Shown here piece by piece: positions 14,094 to 26,729 of a DNA stretch of 64,000 bases (position 1 is the stretch's first letter; the number at the start of each line of letters is the position of its first letter). The position numbers and the translations under genes are program-made. Origin of the DNA: Octopus vulgaris (lineage: Eukaryota); the NCBI GenBank assembly GCA_951406725.2, contig OX597837.1:44578001-44642000 (forward strand), in the 5' to 3' direction. Below the pieces are notes generated by a model. It was not told where the DNA came from. It saw only the letters and a list, made by a program, of their open reading frames with translations, and did no database searches.

Positions 14094-14282
14094 GGAAAGT
14101 TTACGAAAATAAACAAAAGACGAAGGCAGATGGAGTACAAACAAACAAATGTATTAGTATAGCGCTCAGGAATAGAAAGAGTTTTTTACGTTTCGAGCCT
14201 ACGCTCTTCGACAGAAAGATACACAAAAAAAAGGAGAGAAAAAATTGCGTGTAGTAGCTAACGATCTATCATAGAATATTAG

Positions 14283-14329
<47 letters not shown>

Positions 14330-14830
14330 CAATATTAGATATGTACATATATGCACAAGGGTACTACATGAGTACCTATATTGCTAATGATAGAAGTAAA
14401 AAAAATACTTCTGTACCACCGAAAAGTCACAAATCTACTACAGACAAGATAGGAAAAAATATCAGTGAACAATATTAATGTCTTACCTCAAATGGGTCAG
14501 AACAAATAAATGCTGGTCAACCTGGTACTTACTTATTGACCTGGTATTTACTTTGTTCTCGCGCATTTTATGATGTGTGTGTGTGTGCATGCGTGTGTGT
14601 GTGTGTCTATCATCATCATCATCATCATCATCATCATTTTATATCTTTTCCATGCAGGTATGTGTTGCACGGTTTAACAAGTGGTGGCAAACGGAAGAGT
14701 TGCGCCGGGCTCCAGTTGTCTGTTTTCGTATGGTCTCTACGGATGGACGTCCTTCTTATAACGCCAACTACTTTACAGAATTTGCTGGGTGCTTTATGCG
14801 TGGCACCAGCACGGATGCTTGTTACATGTG

Positions 14831-14863
<33 letters not shown>

Positions 14864-15966
14864 TTTGGGTGAAATTAACGAAGTAGAAGAGAAATCTCAC
14901 GTTTTTTGAAGTGTCCTGTATGTTGTTGGAACACAACATCGTCAACCTGTCTCTCCAGCTTTTGCAAAACAAAATTCGCTGGAAGGCATCTTCCAAAGCT
15001 GGTGAATTCGGGAACTGAGGAGGATATTTATGAAAGGAAAAAAAGAAAGAAAAATTGTAAAAAAAATGGAGAAAATAAAATAAATAGGCTACGAGATAAA
15101 CAAACAAATATATCTATTCGCATGAACACATGTGGAGGCGCATGGCCTAGTGGTTAGAGCAGCGGACTCGCGGTCGATAGAACGCGGGTTCGAATCTCAG
15201 ACCGGGTGATGTGTGTATTTATGAGCGAAACACCTCAGCTCCATGCGGCTCTGGCAGAAGGTAATAGCGAACTTCTGCTGACTCTTTCACCACAACTTTC
15301 TCTCACTCTTTCCTTCTGCATCTTGCAGCTCACCTGCGACGGACCGGCGTCCCGTCCAGGTGGGGAACCTTTACGCCAAGGAAACCGGGAAACCGGCCCT
15401 ATGAGCCAGGCGTGGCTCGAAAAGGAACTAACAACATGAACACATAGAAAAATACATTTTTTTTACAAGTGATGTCATCTAAAATAACTATTTTTTTCTG
15501 AATATTTCTAATATTTAACATCCAAGAACGTTTAATTCATGGTTTAATACATGTGTTTAGAGATTCTCCCGTCTCTACTTCAACAAATTCAGCGAATTCT
15601 TTGCTTTGCTGATGAAATCATAATAGATGGAAACATGCTTAGAATTGTCTCCCCTACTTAACTTTTATTTTTTACTTGTTTCAGTCATTAGACTGCGGCC
15701 ATACTGGAGCACCGTCTTGAAGAATTATAGTCAAAAGAATCGTCACCAATATTTACTTTTATTTTAAGCCTGCTAATTATTCTATCGGTCTTTTTTGCCG
15801 AACCGCGCCTATATGTATGTATGTATGTATGTATGTATGCATGTATGTATGCATCCTTGTATACATGTATATATGTATGTATGTAAGTAGGTATGTACGC
15901 ATGGATACATGCATACATGCATGTATGCATGTATATAGTGTGTGTGTGTATGTATGTATGTATATG

Positions 15967-16000
<34 letters not shown>

Positions 16001-16917
16001 TGAATGTATGTATGCATGCCTCTAGTGTGTGTATGTCATTATTCAATCTTATTTCAAGATTTCTTGCCAATAAAGAGCCGGTTTCTAACCTAGATCCAAG
16101 GCCCATTCATTACATTTCAACAACAACAACAGTGTATTTTAGTTTGTATGCATGTATGTATATATATGTGTATATTTGTCCTTGTGTTATCCCCCACTAC
16201 CATTTGACAACCGGTATTAGTTTGTTTACATCACCGTAACATAGCAGTTCGGCGAAAGAGAACAATAGAATAAAACAAAAGAGTAAGTAGTTGGGTCGAT
16301 TTATTCAACTGAAGACTTCCAGGCAGTGCTCCAGCACGGCCGCAATCCAATGAATAAAACAAAAAAAAAAGATGAAAATAATATTTAAAAACAAAAGACG
16401 GTAATTGTTTACCGCGCGGTAATAAAGATTACTCACAACCGCTGGTTTTATCTGCATTTCTGGGTTACCGCAGCCATTTGTCTCTGCGGTGTAACGGTTG
16501 GTTTTAAACGTTATTATATTGATGTTGTAGGGATCGAACTGGAGATCCCGGATCTGGTCGATCCCTGTGTTCAGGTTACCAATGATCCACCGGATGTTCT
16601 TCCGGATTATTCCTGTCTGGTTTGCCTGAAATCCAGAGAGTAAAAATCTTATAAAAAAAAACGAAAAAAAAACCCCTCAGAAAATATACATACATACATA
16701 CATGCATGCATGCATACATACATACATGTATACATACATACATACATAAATACATACATACATACATACATACACACATGCATACATACATACATACATA
16801 CATACATACATACAAACTTACATACATACATGCATATATATATACATACATGCATACATACATGCATGCATACATGCATACATACATACATGCATACATA
16901 AATTTATACATGCATAT

Positions 16918-16948
<31 letters not shown>

Positions 16949-16998
16949 CATACATTCATACATACATACATACATACATGCATACATACATACATACA

Positions 16999-17031
<33 letters not shown>

Positions 17032-20000
17032 GCATACATTCATACATACATACATACATACATACATTAATACATACATACATACATACTTGCATACATA
17101 CATACATTCATACACTCATACATACATACATACATACATACATACATACATACATACATACATACGTTCAAATGTAAAGCACTGCTTAAATGCCAATCTT
17201 GAGAAATTAGGCTTCTCAAGGAGTACCGCCTTGAATTTTAAGCGCCTTCTGTCCAATCACCATTATAATTAATAATTAATAAAAATATACTCACGAACTG
17301 CAATAGTTTGATAGCCGACTCCGCATCAATCACCAGAAGAAACTGTAGAGGCAGTACATGTCTTTTGTACGCTTGCATACTCCGAGAATACGATAGATCC
17401 TCTCCGTATCTGAGACGGTGTAATACGAAGAATATCTCTCTGTCGGTTAAACCAGATAATAGCGAAAGTTCCTGTTCTTTGTCTGAAAGTACGAGATGAA
17501 TAGGCGATTTTTTTGTTTTTCTGAACGAAAACTCAGGTAATGATGATAATGAACGTTCTTGTTCTTTGTTTAGAAGGAAGAAAATAAATAAATGGGGTAA
17601 CCATTTTAAAACGAAAGCTTAGGCAAAGATGACAAAAAGAGTTCTTGTTCTTTGTCTGCAAGTACGAGAAATAATATACTATTACTGTTTTGCTTTTTTA
17701 CGAAAATTCAGGTAAAGATGATTATGAGATCTTGACCGATTTTTTAAAGCGAAAACTAAGGCGAAGATGACAAAAATAATTCTTCTTCCTTGCTTGCAAA
17801 TAACATATATTGTTGCATTTGTTAACAGAAAACTCAGGTCACAAATTTTGAATTAGAAGCAGTTCTAACAATATAAACTTTACCGATGTCACATAATGAT
17901 TGAATGTGATCTGTTTATACTCTTATTCGTCCAGAGAAAAGTTCCTTTAAGAAGTCGTTCGATGTTTTTAACACTCGACGTCATGAAGGGACTTGGCCCT
18001 AGACGAATCCCGCAACAAGTAAGCGTAGCGTTTAAACGGAAATCATATGTAGGGTGATTGTAAAAATAACTCCCTATTTTATAATACTTAGTATATTAAT
18101 TGTAATTTTCTTCTCAAATTTTCGTGTTTTTGTTTTAAGTATGAGAATTTAATCTGTAATCGTATTGCTCTTGTTGTTCGTGAATGGCTGAATGCCCACT
18201 TCCTCGGGAGACGAATGGTTCGTCGTGGTCCGCATGAGTGACCAGCTAGGAGACCCGACTTTAACCACCTGTGACTTCTTTCTTTGAGGTTTGTTAAAAT
18301 AATAAGTCTACTATGCCAAACCAAAAACTTTGGTAGAACTTGAAGGACGAATACGAGAAGTTACGTCTTCCATCCTCCAAGAGATCCTGGTGAAATCAGT
18401 TGACGCATTTCGTGGGCGACTCAAGAAGATGGTGGCGACATCTGGAGCCCATATTGAATTTTAAAGAAAAACTCATACTAAAAGCTTTCCTCTCATGTCC
18501 ATTTTTTGCAAAAATTACAATTACTAAATGAAAAAAAAGGCATCGGAGGGGCGATGCTTACCCTGCGCGCACACAAGGATAAAATAAAATTTAATTTAAT
18601 AATCTGAAAAGAATTCATATTTCCACTGCTTATCGTTTATACACATGTAAAAAAGAAAAACAAAAACATTTTGATTCATCTAACCAAAATTTAATGAGTT
18701 CGAGTCACTCACCCAATGAATATTTCTGCCAAATTTGGTGAAAATCTGTTCAGCCGTTTTCTAGTAATTTTGCAAACACACAGACAAACAAAGATGAGCA
18801 ACTACAATACAGTGCTTTTGTTAATGCGCACGAGATGATAGTTATTAAGTATTTTAAAATAAGAAATTACTTTTCAGTCACTATGTATTAAATAACTGAC
18901 ATCAATATTATACTTCATTAAAGCTGCTTCTAATTCAAAATTTAATTTTGTTTTATTAGTACGGAGCTGTTGCACATCAGCGGATAGAATTTTATGCTAC
19001 CTGCGTATATACCTCAGACCAGCGATTCGAATTCGTTTCGAGGTGACTCTGGTGTACGATACGGACGAGCTGAAATAACAGCGAAATATTGATATATATA
19101 TCGTTCCTCGATTACCTACGAGCCAGTTCGTATCCTCTGGTTTGAAGTATTCAGTGTTTTTTTTTTTAACATTTGATGTTTTAAAGGAAATTTTCTCTGA
19201 ACGAATCCCGCAGCTAATTAAGTAAAGATAATAACGAGTGCCCTTGTTCCTAGTCGAGAAGGAAGAGAGTGTATAGACGTTTTGTTTTTTAACGGAAAAC
19301 ACAGGCAAAGATAGAAGAGTGACATGCAGAAATTAAAAAGGGTGGTGGGTAGTTAAAATAAGGGATTATGTGATCCACATGCCCCTATAGTAAATTATCG
19401 ATCGACCAATAACACTGGTCAACAACCAATTTTCATCAGGGATATTATATGATGTTTTATATGTAGTTTTTTTCCGCAGATTTCAAGAATGTAATCGGTT
19501 TCCTTCTATCAGGCACAGTTTTTCTGATAAGTTAAGAGAGGTACATGACTCCCATCGGCAGTATCGCTACACGTAAACGTCCTATACAGGTAATTTTAAT
19601 TTTGTGCAATAAAAAGCCATGAAATTATCGTATCTTGTATTCAATATATTTTATATAGACATGCTTTACGTATCCTCTAAGTGAAAACAGCAGGTATCAT
19701 TAACATAAAAATGTGACCTGATAGAGGAAATCGGACTTCAGATTCGTAATCAGCATCAAAAATTAACCCAGAAAAGTCAATCAGAAACTCTGATGATTAA
19801 AAAAAAAAGTTTCAATTTGTTGACCAGTTTGATTAAAAAAACTTACTCAAAAATCCGTTCAGAAAGACAGCTACTTTCTTCCATTCCAATGATGTGACAA
19901 CTTCCAAGATGGCATTAATAAGTTGGTTGTTCTGAGAAAGTAGTTTGAACGGAGATAAACCTTTCTGTGGAATGAAACTTTCGCAGAATAAATCCGGCAA

Positions 20001-20443
20001 CCATACATGGGACACGTTGTAGAGTTTGAGGTAGAATCGCAGCAATTCTTGCATTTCACAGGTTGTATACGTCACGATTAGTGTACTGTTATGTTCTTTC
20101 AGGAAACTCACTGTAAATAACAATAAAACTACCAGCAACGTCTGCAACAACAGCAATAACAATGATAATCTACAGTCCAGCAGTTCTCAACCGGCGTTTT
20201 TTATAACCTTTGGAAAGCCATACTCTTTTCTCCCTCTTTTACTTGTTTCAGTCATTTGACTGCGGCCATGCTGGAGCACCGCCTTTTTAGTCGAGCAAAT
20301 CGACCCCGGGACTTATTCTTTTGTAAGCCCAGTACTTATTCTATCGGTCTCTTTTGCCGAACCGCTAAGTGACAGGGACGTAAACACACCAGCATCGGTT
20401 GTCAAGCAATGCTAGGGGGACAAACACAGACACACAAACATAT

Positions 20444-20482
<39 letters not shown>

Positions 20483-22297
20483 TACGACAGGCTTCTTTCA
20501 GTTTCCGTCTACCAAATCTACTCACAAGGCATTGGTCGGCCCGGGGCTATAGCAGAAGACACTTGCCCAAGATTCCACGCAGTGGGACTGAACCCGGAGT
20601 AAGATTTTATTGTTAAAATTTTATGTGCAATAAATTTGTTATATTTTGACAACATAAAATATATTTCAGCAATTTTTTTTACGAAATCCTAATATTTTAT
20701 CATAAAAATATAGTAGTATTTCTTAAACGGAGGCGCAATGGCCCAGTGGTTAGGGCAGCGGACTCGTGGTCGGAGGATCGTGGTTTCGAGTCCCAGACCG
20801 GGCGTTGTGTGTGTTTATTGAGCGAAAACGCCTAAAAGCTCCACGTGGCTCCGGCAGGGGGTGGTGGCGACCCCTTTTGTACTCTTTCGCCACGACTTTC
20901 TCTCACTGTCTCTCTTCCTGTTTTTTTGAGTAACGCTGCGATGGACTGGCGTCCGTCCATCTGGAGGGAACACATGCGTGTGTGTGTATACACCGGGCTT
21001 CTTTCAGTTTCCATCAACCGAATCTACTCACAAGGCTTTGTTCAGCCAGAGGATAAAGAAGACACTTGTCCAAGATACCATGCAATAGGACTGAACCTGG
21101 AGTCATGTAGCTGGGAAACAAACTTATCCCCACACGGCTATGCCTCCTTGACCATTGACGACGTGAGTTTCAATGTCATGGAGATCATCTTTCTCATCTA
21201 TATATATAAAACTGTAGTTGTGTGAGTGTCTGTTTCCTACGATTTAGATTCCTCACTACTCCCACATTTTGCGGTGCAGTTTAACCAAATTCGGGTATCT
21301 TATAGTCGTGATTCATATCGAGCCCTTCTGGGTATTAGCGCGCGTCTACGATTTAAAAAATAATTTAACATCATTTTTTATTCCATTTTAATGCATAATT
21401 TTTCGTGTGTCGATGGCGGCGGAGTTGGCGTCCATGGTCACACCTGTACCTGTTTGCTTCTCCCCCTTCTTCCCTCCCTCGTGAAGCTGTGGGGAAGGGA
21501 GTGTAAGGAAATCAACGTCGTAAAGCGTTGTCAAGGAGACCAGCGTTCTTTTAGAACAACGACTTCATGGCTTCAAGACACCAAAACAGAAGTGGCTAAG
21601 AAAGCCCGAATTGGCATCTATAAGGGAAGTAACTCTCTAAAAATGCTTATATAGTTATTTCCCTTACAAACCCGAGCAACGCCGGGCGATACTGCTAGTT
21701 TGATATAAAAATATTGAGACTTACCTTGATTATAAATTTCTGATTGGTTATTTCCGTGGAAGATCTCAACTAGAACATGGCAGCCACCGATAGTTAGGGT
21801 TTCCGGGAAAGCACTGTCGTTTGTTGTCTTGTTGGCCGGAAGTGGTAACAAGTGAGAGTAGCGGTCCTCCACTAGCAAACCTATGGGTGTTAGAAGTGAA
21901 AATAACAAGATGCGCATACTCATGCACCAAGTCATCTCTCTCCCTTCCTCCCTCCCCCTCTCTCTCTTTCTCTCTCTCTCTCCATCAATGTATGTGTGTG
22001 TGTGTGCCTGTGTATGCATCTATCATTCTGTATATACATACATTCATACATACATTCATATATACATATATAACATATTACATTGTATTACACATTATAT
22101 TTGTTCATTTTTTTCGTTCATCTTTTATCTTTTACTAGTTTCCGACATTAAAATGCGGCCACGCTGGAGCACCTCCTTCAGGGATTGTAGTAAAACGAAT
22201 CGACCCCAATACTAATTTTTTAAAGCCTAGTTCTTTAGCTATTTGTTATGGGGATGTAAACACACCAACACCGGTTGTCAAACGGTGGTGGTGCACA

Positions 22298-22369
<72 letters not shown>

Positions 22370-22851
22370 TACACACAAATACACATACACACATACACAC
22401 AAACACACATACACGCAAATACACACAAACGCACACAAGCAAACACACACAAACGCACACCCATGCACACACACACACAAACATACACGCACACACACAC
22501 ACACACACAAACACATACACACAAACACACATACACACATACACACAAACACACATGCACGCAAACACACAAAAACGCACACAAGCAAACACACACAAAC
22601 GCACACACATGCACACACACACACACAAACATATACGCACGCACACACACACACGCATACACGACGGGTTTCTTTCAGTTTCCATCTGCGAAGCAAATCC
22701 GCTCACAAGGCATTAATTAACCCGTCCTGAGTCTATAAAAGAAGACACTTGTCTAATATGGCGCGCAGTGGAACTGAACTCGAAACCAAGAGGCTGGGAA
22801 GGAAACCTCTTGCCACACAGCCACACCCGCACCTATAAATGCATGTTTATG

Positions 22852-22889
<38 letters not shown>

Positions 22890-23368
22890 TACATGATTAA
22901 TCTTGTAATGTACGTGTGTGTGTGTGAGTGTGTGTGTGTGTGAGAGAGAGCGAGAGAGAGAGAGAGAGAGCATACATTGATGAACATAAAAACCTACACT
23001 TTCTGTCGCCATGTTTTATGGCCATCATTCGCTACGCCCTTCGCCATATGCTATTCGCGGGCCATGAAACTTTCTCAGCAAGTTCATACACGCCCACAAT
23101 ACCTTTCATCTTTGCAGCTGTCTTTTATGTTTGCCAATTTTTATGGCTGCCGTTCGTTTTTAAGAGTGTAATGTCGAGTTCGAAGACGAATATCTACCGA
23201 AGACATTAAAATCTATTCCGCTAAGTGTTCTAAGAGTGATGAGAGAATTACGACCGGATCATTTACGCGGCTTTCTCTGAAAATACCAACCTCTCCAGAC
23301 TCAATAATTCCTGCAGAGTAGCAATAAAATACTCAAGCGCGCATGTGTGCACACAGACAATTGTGGAA

Positions 23369-23431
<63 letters not shown>

Positions 23432-24244
23432 CATATAAGCATATATGATTTTGTGTCATTGTTTATATTACATGTATACGTATATGTATATGCATATATA
23501 TATGCATACGTGGAGGCGCAATGACCCAGTGGTTAGGGCAGCGGACTCGCGGTCGTAGGATCGCGGTTTCGATTCCCAGACTTGACGTTGTGAGTGGTTA
23601 TTGAGCAAAAACACCTAAAGCTTCACGAGGCTTCGGCATGGGGTGGTGGCGATCCCTGCAGTACTCTTTCGCCACAACTTTCTCTCACTCTTTCTTCTGT
23701 TGGCATACAGTTGCACACACACACATACATACATACATACATGCGTACATGCATGCATGTATAGGCACACGCATACACTCATACTGACTCACACATGCGC
23801 ACAAACAAACAAAAAGGAACGCATTGTCAAGACTGTTGAAAAGGTTGCAAGACGCAACGAAAATTTTAGGAAAATAAAAATAAGAAATAAGTGGAAATTT
23901 TACCGGTGAGTGTGTTATATTATTAGGCACAAAAAGAAAATAACTCGCCCCAGACACAACTGAATATATATACATATATATATTTTTCCTTGGGGCTGGC
24001 CGGATCGGAGCGATCTCAAGATTAATCAGCCGGAATTGCGAGGATGATCCGGTTCTTGACTGAAGATTGAAGGCTTCGAATGTCCCGTCCGTGTTTTTTG
24101 TATCGTCTTCTAAATGTTTTGCGTTCTTGTCCCAGTTTGTATTTTTTTTACATATACATAAATATATATATATATATATATATTATTGAAGTAGATAAAT
24201 GAATTATATTATTACGGATAATTCAAATGATAACCGATACCTAC

Positions 24245-24315
<71 letters not shown>

Positions 24316-24776
24316 ATTTATTTTATAGAAGGAGCTTCTACAGGACTAGAACTGTTTCATTCAAATGAAATCATCACGAAGCTTGCTGTCAAAATAAGTT
24401 CTGGCATTTATACATTTAGGCAGATTTAATGGGGTGGTGGTGGGGGACATTTTTGGGGTAAGCAGGGCACAAACTGTCTTTCTTAGGGGAGTGGTCAAAA
24501 AAATTGAGTACCTTATTTACTGTGGTTAACCCCGACTCAACCCGGGACCTACATATATATATATATATATAGAGATAGATAAACTCGTGCGCATTTTAAT
24601 ACGTTTATATGTATACATGTGTATATGCGGTTATATGTGTGAGGGTCTGTATGTGTGTATGAGTGCGTGGAATGTGTTTGTTAGGAAAAAAATATCTTAC
24701 CGATGTTGACCGCGAAGATGATAGAAATTAGTGAGGCTGCCAACACAAATCGGAGTAAATACTGGTAAGGATTCAT
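1826..24776 (-). CDS. Gene A (spliced, 13 coding exons, ~846 aa): divergent ionotropic glutamate receptor-superfamily subunit (IR-like / GluD-like, with ATD)
   Basis: Exons 24776-24701, 21880-21725, 20110-19847, 17482-17295, 16625-16437, 15014-14901, 14018-13791, 11666-11566, 9574-9481, 7940-7616, 5902-5685, 3754-3504, 2162-1826. All introns are GT-AG, phases match at every junction, and the total is 2541 nt with no internal stop. iGluR motifs: GLCVEIL, WSGLIG, AIGPLTLTYNR..VDYTQPY, SYTAHLVAFLT, YAFISD, QWWP..EC, LGGIF. Confidence 0.93.
2240..2975 (+). mobile_element. R4/Dong-type non-LTR retrotransposon 3' fragment (RLE), decayed
   Basis: IIAAQ.QAL.T...CR....C..LAQK.Y..RHD and LQKSALLGTAHILRKVL; flanked by (AAT)n. 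Confidence 0.85.
3504..3754 (-). CDS. Gene A exon 12 (S2, NVSNEDYKRI...YAFISD...C...SPYLAAISST)
   Basis: tttcag| ... AC|GTGAGT; phase 0-2. Confidence 0.95.
4621..4980 (+). mobile_element. tRNA-derived SINE (family D in this window)
   Basis: A box TGGCTCAGTGG and B-box-like GCTCGAATTCC; an inverted copy lies at 12885-13211. Confidence 0.8.
5685..5902 (-). CDS. Gene A exon 11 (M3 SYTAHLVAFLT, start of S2)
   Basis: aataaag| ... CAG|GTTGGT; SGR..G.WW.F and I.S..ELA.Q motifs. Confidence 0.95.
6091..6874 (-). mobile_element. SINE (family B) head plus four tandem 183-184-bp body copies, nested in a family A SINE (6040-7055)
   Basis: Units start at 6091, 6274, 6458 and 6641; a single 5' head at 6825-6874; host site caacc is duplicated. 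Confidence 0.88.
7616..7940 (-). CDS. Gene A exon 10 (S1 end, M1, M2 pore loop ...LWFILGYSLKEG)
   Basis: ttgcag| ... G|GTTGGT; the conserved alpha-carboxyl-binding Arg is present in TLTYNR. Confidence 0.95.
9481..9574 (-). CDS. Gene A exon 9 (S1, YELIATKDSTFGSENKTTHIWSGLIGMAARA)
   Basis: ctttag| ... GCT|GTACGT; phase 2-0; D..FG...W.GLIG motif; not in the ORF track. Confidence 0.93.
10016..10325 (+). mobile_element. R4/Dong-type LINE 3' fragment in (AAT)n
   Basis: KYKDLEIEVTRMWNLKTETIPIIVGALG...IQKIAVLGTAHILRRTL. Confidence 0.88.
11156..11460 (-). mobile_element. Non-autonomous Helitron (internally deleted copy of 21197-21698)
   Basis: Same TC start, hairpin and CTAG end between A and T; a further 3' stub sits at about 6016-6037. 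Confidence 0.85.
11566..11666 (-). CDS. Gene A exon 8 (S1, LKPFL...FVGLCVEILIQLSRSLNFQ)
   Basis: tttcag| ... CA|GTGAGT; matches the iGluR G.C.D/E.L...L.F motif. Confidence 0.93.
11853..12100. repeat. Inverted repeat (~70-bp arms)
   Basis: tacaaaatttagaggattgaccactaaa... / ...tttagtggtcaatcctctaaattttgta. Confidence 0.85.
12320..12530. repeat. AT-rich hairpin (~100-bp arms) in (TA)n
   Basis: attaaattagagataaaaccactattaggc... / ...gcctaatagtggttttatctctaatttaat. Confidence 0.85.
12885..13211 (-). mobile_element. tRNA-derived SINE (family D)
   Basis: Reverse complement of 4621-4980; GTTCGAATCC B box. Confidence 0.8.
13791..14018 (-). CDS. Gene A exon 7 (end of ATD/start of S1, ...EIAEW...FPNFQPGLGNITLKVGYNP)
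   Basis: Donor CCG|GTAAAT; acceptor ctaaag| chosen because it gives phase 0; FPN...N.TLKV motif. Confidence 0.85.
14182..14219 (-). ncRNA. Degenerate minimal hammerhead motif
   Basis: Minus strand: tcttt-CTGTCGA-a-gagc gtag gctc-GAAAC-GTA; A6 replaced by T. Confidence 0.45.
14901..15014 (-). CDS. Gene A exon 6 (FPNSPALEDAFQRILFC...DTSKN)
   Basis: cctcag| ... AAC|GTGAGA; 114 nt, phase 0-0; EDAF resembles the ATD YDAV motif. Confidence 0.75.
15132..15434 (+). mobile_element. tRNA-derived SINE (family C-like) with 11-bp TSD
   Basis: TGGCCTAGTGG / GTTCGAATC boxes; catgaacacat at 15121 and 15435. Related copies at 20729, 23512 and 54680-55040 (-). Confidence 0.85.
16437..16625 (-). CDS. Gene A exon 5 (ATD, ANQTGIIRKNIRWIIGNL...KPAV)
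   Basis: atttcag| ... GTT|GTGAGT; 189 nt, phase 0-0; A..G....WI motif of ATD. Confidence 0.88.
17295..17482 (-). CDS. Gene A exon 4 (ATD, KEQELSLL...AESAIKLLQF)
   Basis: ctttcag| ... TTC|GTGAGT; phase 1-0; open frame; not in the ORF track. Confidence 0.88.
18160..18465 (+). mobile_element. Tc1/mariner transposase remnant
   Basis: Decayed WPARSPDL.PCDFFLWG..K..VY motif with stops and frameshifts. Confidence 0.75.
19412..19829. mobile_element. MITE (Tc1/mariner-like TIRs)
   Basis: ACTGGTCAACAA ... TTGTTGACCAGT plus internal inverted segments. Confidence 0.7.
19847..20110 (-). CDS. Gene A exon 3 (ATD, VSFLKEHNS...WKKVAVFLNGFL)
   Basis: tttacag| ... A|GTAAGT; phase 1-1; the W-K-K-V-A-V motif is typical of iGluR ATD. 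Confidence 0.9.
21197..21698 (+). mobile_element. Non-autonomous Helitron
   Basis: A|TCTATATATATAAA ... subterminal hairpin cccgagcaacgccggg ... CTAG|T. Confidence 0.85.
21725..21880 (-). CDS. Gene A exon 2 (ATD, GLLVEDRYSH...EIYNQ)
   Basis: cccatag| ... G|GTAAGT; 156 nt, phase 1-1; same length as the gene B paralogous exon. Confidence 0.88.
24333..24383 (-). ncRNA. Type-I hammerhead motif, C3 mutated
   Basis: Minus strand: agcttc-gTGATGA-tttc attt gaat-GAAA-cag ttctagtc ctg-TA-gaagct. Confidence 0.6.
24701..24776 (-). CDS. Gene A coding exon 1 (signal peptide MNPYQYLLRFVLAASLISIIFA-VNIG)
   Basis: ATG at 24776, hydrophobic signal, donor G|GTAAGA in phase 1 matching exon 2. An upstream acceptor tttccag at 24844-24845 implies a 5' UTR exon. 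Confidence 0.85.
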
Positions 24777-25056
24777 ATTCACGAACCAAAAATGTATGTC
24801 TGGAATACGAAAGTGTCTGCAAAACGCCTTTCTCGAAACCGAACTGGAAATAGAAACATATATACATACATAAACATTTATGTATAAGTGTATATATGTA
24901 TATGTACATACTCAAGTTAAGAAAGGAGTCATTAAAATGCAGTACCCAAACCTTGTGCTTGGTAGTGTGTCCCAGGTAGTGTGAGCACGTTTACCTGTAG
25001 AGCACGTTTACCACTTATGGCTACAAGGTGTCATCCGTATTACTGCGCTTTGGTCG

Positions 25057-25242
25057 CAGATGTGACGCACAGTGCAGGAAGCCTCGTCAGGTTATGTAAA
25101 ATGCTTCAAAAGTTATAAGATTTACATTTCGTTTTCGCTCCACCAGTATATAAATTGGAGCGAAAAGGAAATGTAAATCTTATAAATTTTGAAGCATGTT
25201 ACGTCAACTGATGAAGTGTCACTGCACCGTGTGTTGCATCTG
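25057..25242. repeat. Imperfect long hairpin (~86-bp arms)
   Basis: cagatg...cgctcca / tggagcg...catctg. Confidence 0.85.
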
Positions 25243-25375
25243 ATGTTATTGCATCGTACCACATCCATTAGAGAGCAATGCAGAAAGATGCCAAAACAAT
25301 TGTTGTGCTAAAAAAAGCTTCTTGTTACACTCCGTCTTCCATATCTATCATTTAATTCATACACACACACACTCA

Positions 25376-25451
<76 letters not shown>

Positions 25452-25511
25452 GAGTTAAACGTAAGTGTCATTCAAATTCTTTTACTATTGGTGCCGTCCT
25501 CTACCCATACA

Positions 25512-25565
<54 letters not shown>

Positions 25566-26427
25566 TATTACTTATATTATCATTTAATATATATATATAT
25601 ATATATATAAATGGCGGTGCCCCAGCATGGCCACAGCTCATTAGCTGAAACTGGAAAATCAAAAAAAAAAAAATCATATATATATATTTATATATAATAA
25701 ATATACACGTTTTGAGTTGATGAAAAGAGTACTACTTACAACGGAAGAGTTTAAGGTTATTTTCTGCTATAAGCACAAAGCCTGATGTCTTGCGCAACTG
25801 GTATTTATGTTATTGGCCACGATGATGATAAAAAGTAAAGTCAACCACGGCGGAATTTGAACTCAGACCGTAAAGATAGAAAAATGCCGTAAAGCTTTTT
25901 GTCCGGATTGTTCATGATTCTGCCAGCATGTTGTCTTATAGCTGAGATTAATAACGGTTTAGCACAAGGCCCACACGTTTAGGGGGAGGGGGTAAGTCGA
26001 TCCAGTTTGTACAAAACGATGAACGGTAAAGTCGGCCTCGACGGATTTTGAATTTAGAACGTAAAGGCGGACGAAATGCCGCTGTGCGTTTCGTCCGGCG
26101 TACAAACGATTTTGACAGCTGAGTTTAATAATAACTTTATTTTGGACGCGTCAGTCTCTTGTTATTCCGAATTTCACTTGGGACAGCACACGTTCTTCAA
26201 GCAAGTTATATGTGTGTTTGTTCCATTGTTTGTATGTGTATGTGTATGTGTATGTGTGTGTTTTAAGTTTTCTCTTAGGCACAACGACACTAACAACACG
26301 GTGTTAGAATTCAATATACAAATTCTTCAGAGAAATGCATTAGTCGAGTACAGAGCGGAATAAGGGGTTATATAAATGAGAAGGAAATAAGAAATTATAT
26401 AATAAAGTTCATTATTCATTAGTTTAT

Positions 26428-26687
26428 GGAGGCGTGTGGCTTAGTGGTCAGGGTGTTAGCATCATGATCGTAAGATTGTGGTTTCGATTCCTGGACCGGG
26501 CGACGCGTTGTGTTCTTGAGCAAAACACTTCATTTCACGTTGTTCCAGTCCACTCAGCTGGCAAAAATGAGTAACGCTGCGATGGACTGTCATCCCGTCC
26601 AGCTGGGGAACACATATGCCATAGAAACCGGGAAACCGGGCCCATGAGCCTGGCTAGGATTTAAAAGGGGCGCATTTATTTATTTTT
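26428..26687 (+). mobile_element. tRNA-derived SINE with 16-bp TSD
   Basis: ttattcattagtttat (26412) / ttattcattaatttat (26688). Confidence 0.85.
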
Positions 26688-26729
26688 TTATTCATTAATT
26701 TATAACTGTTTCTGCTATACATTATAAAA

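Noticed and set aside
15134-15205. tRNA-like sequences (also 4621, 20729, 23512, 26428)
   Set aside because: They continue into SINE bodies, some with TSDs, so they are SINE heads rather than tRNA genes.
22990-23120. Unique block considered as gene A exon 1
   Set aside because: No signal-peptide frame or phase-1 donor; 24701-24776 fits fully.
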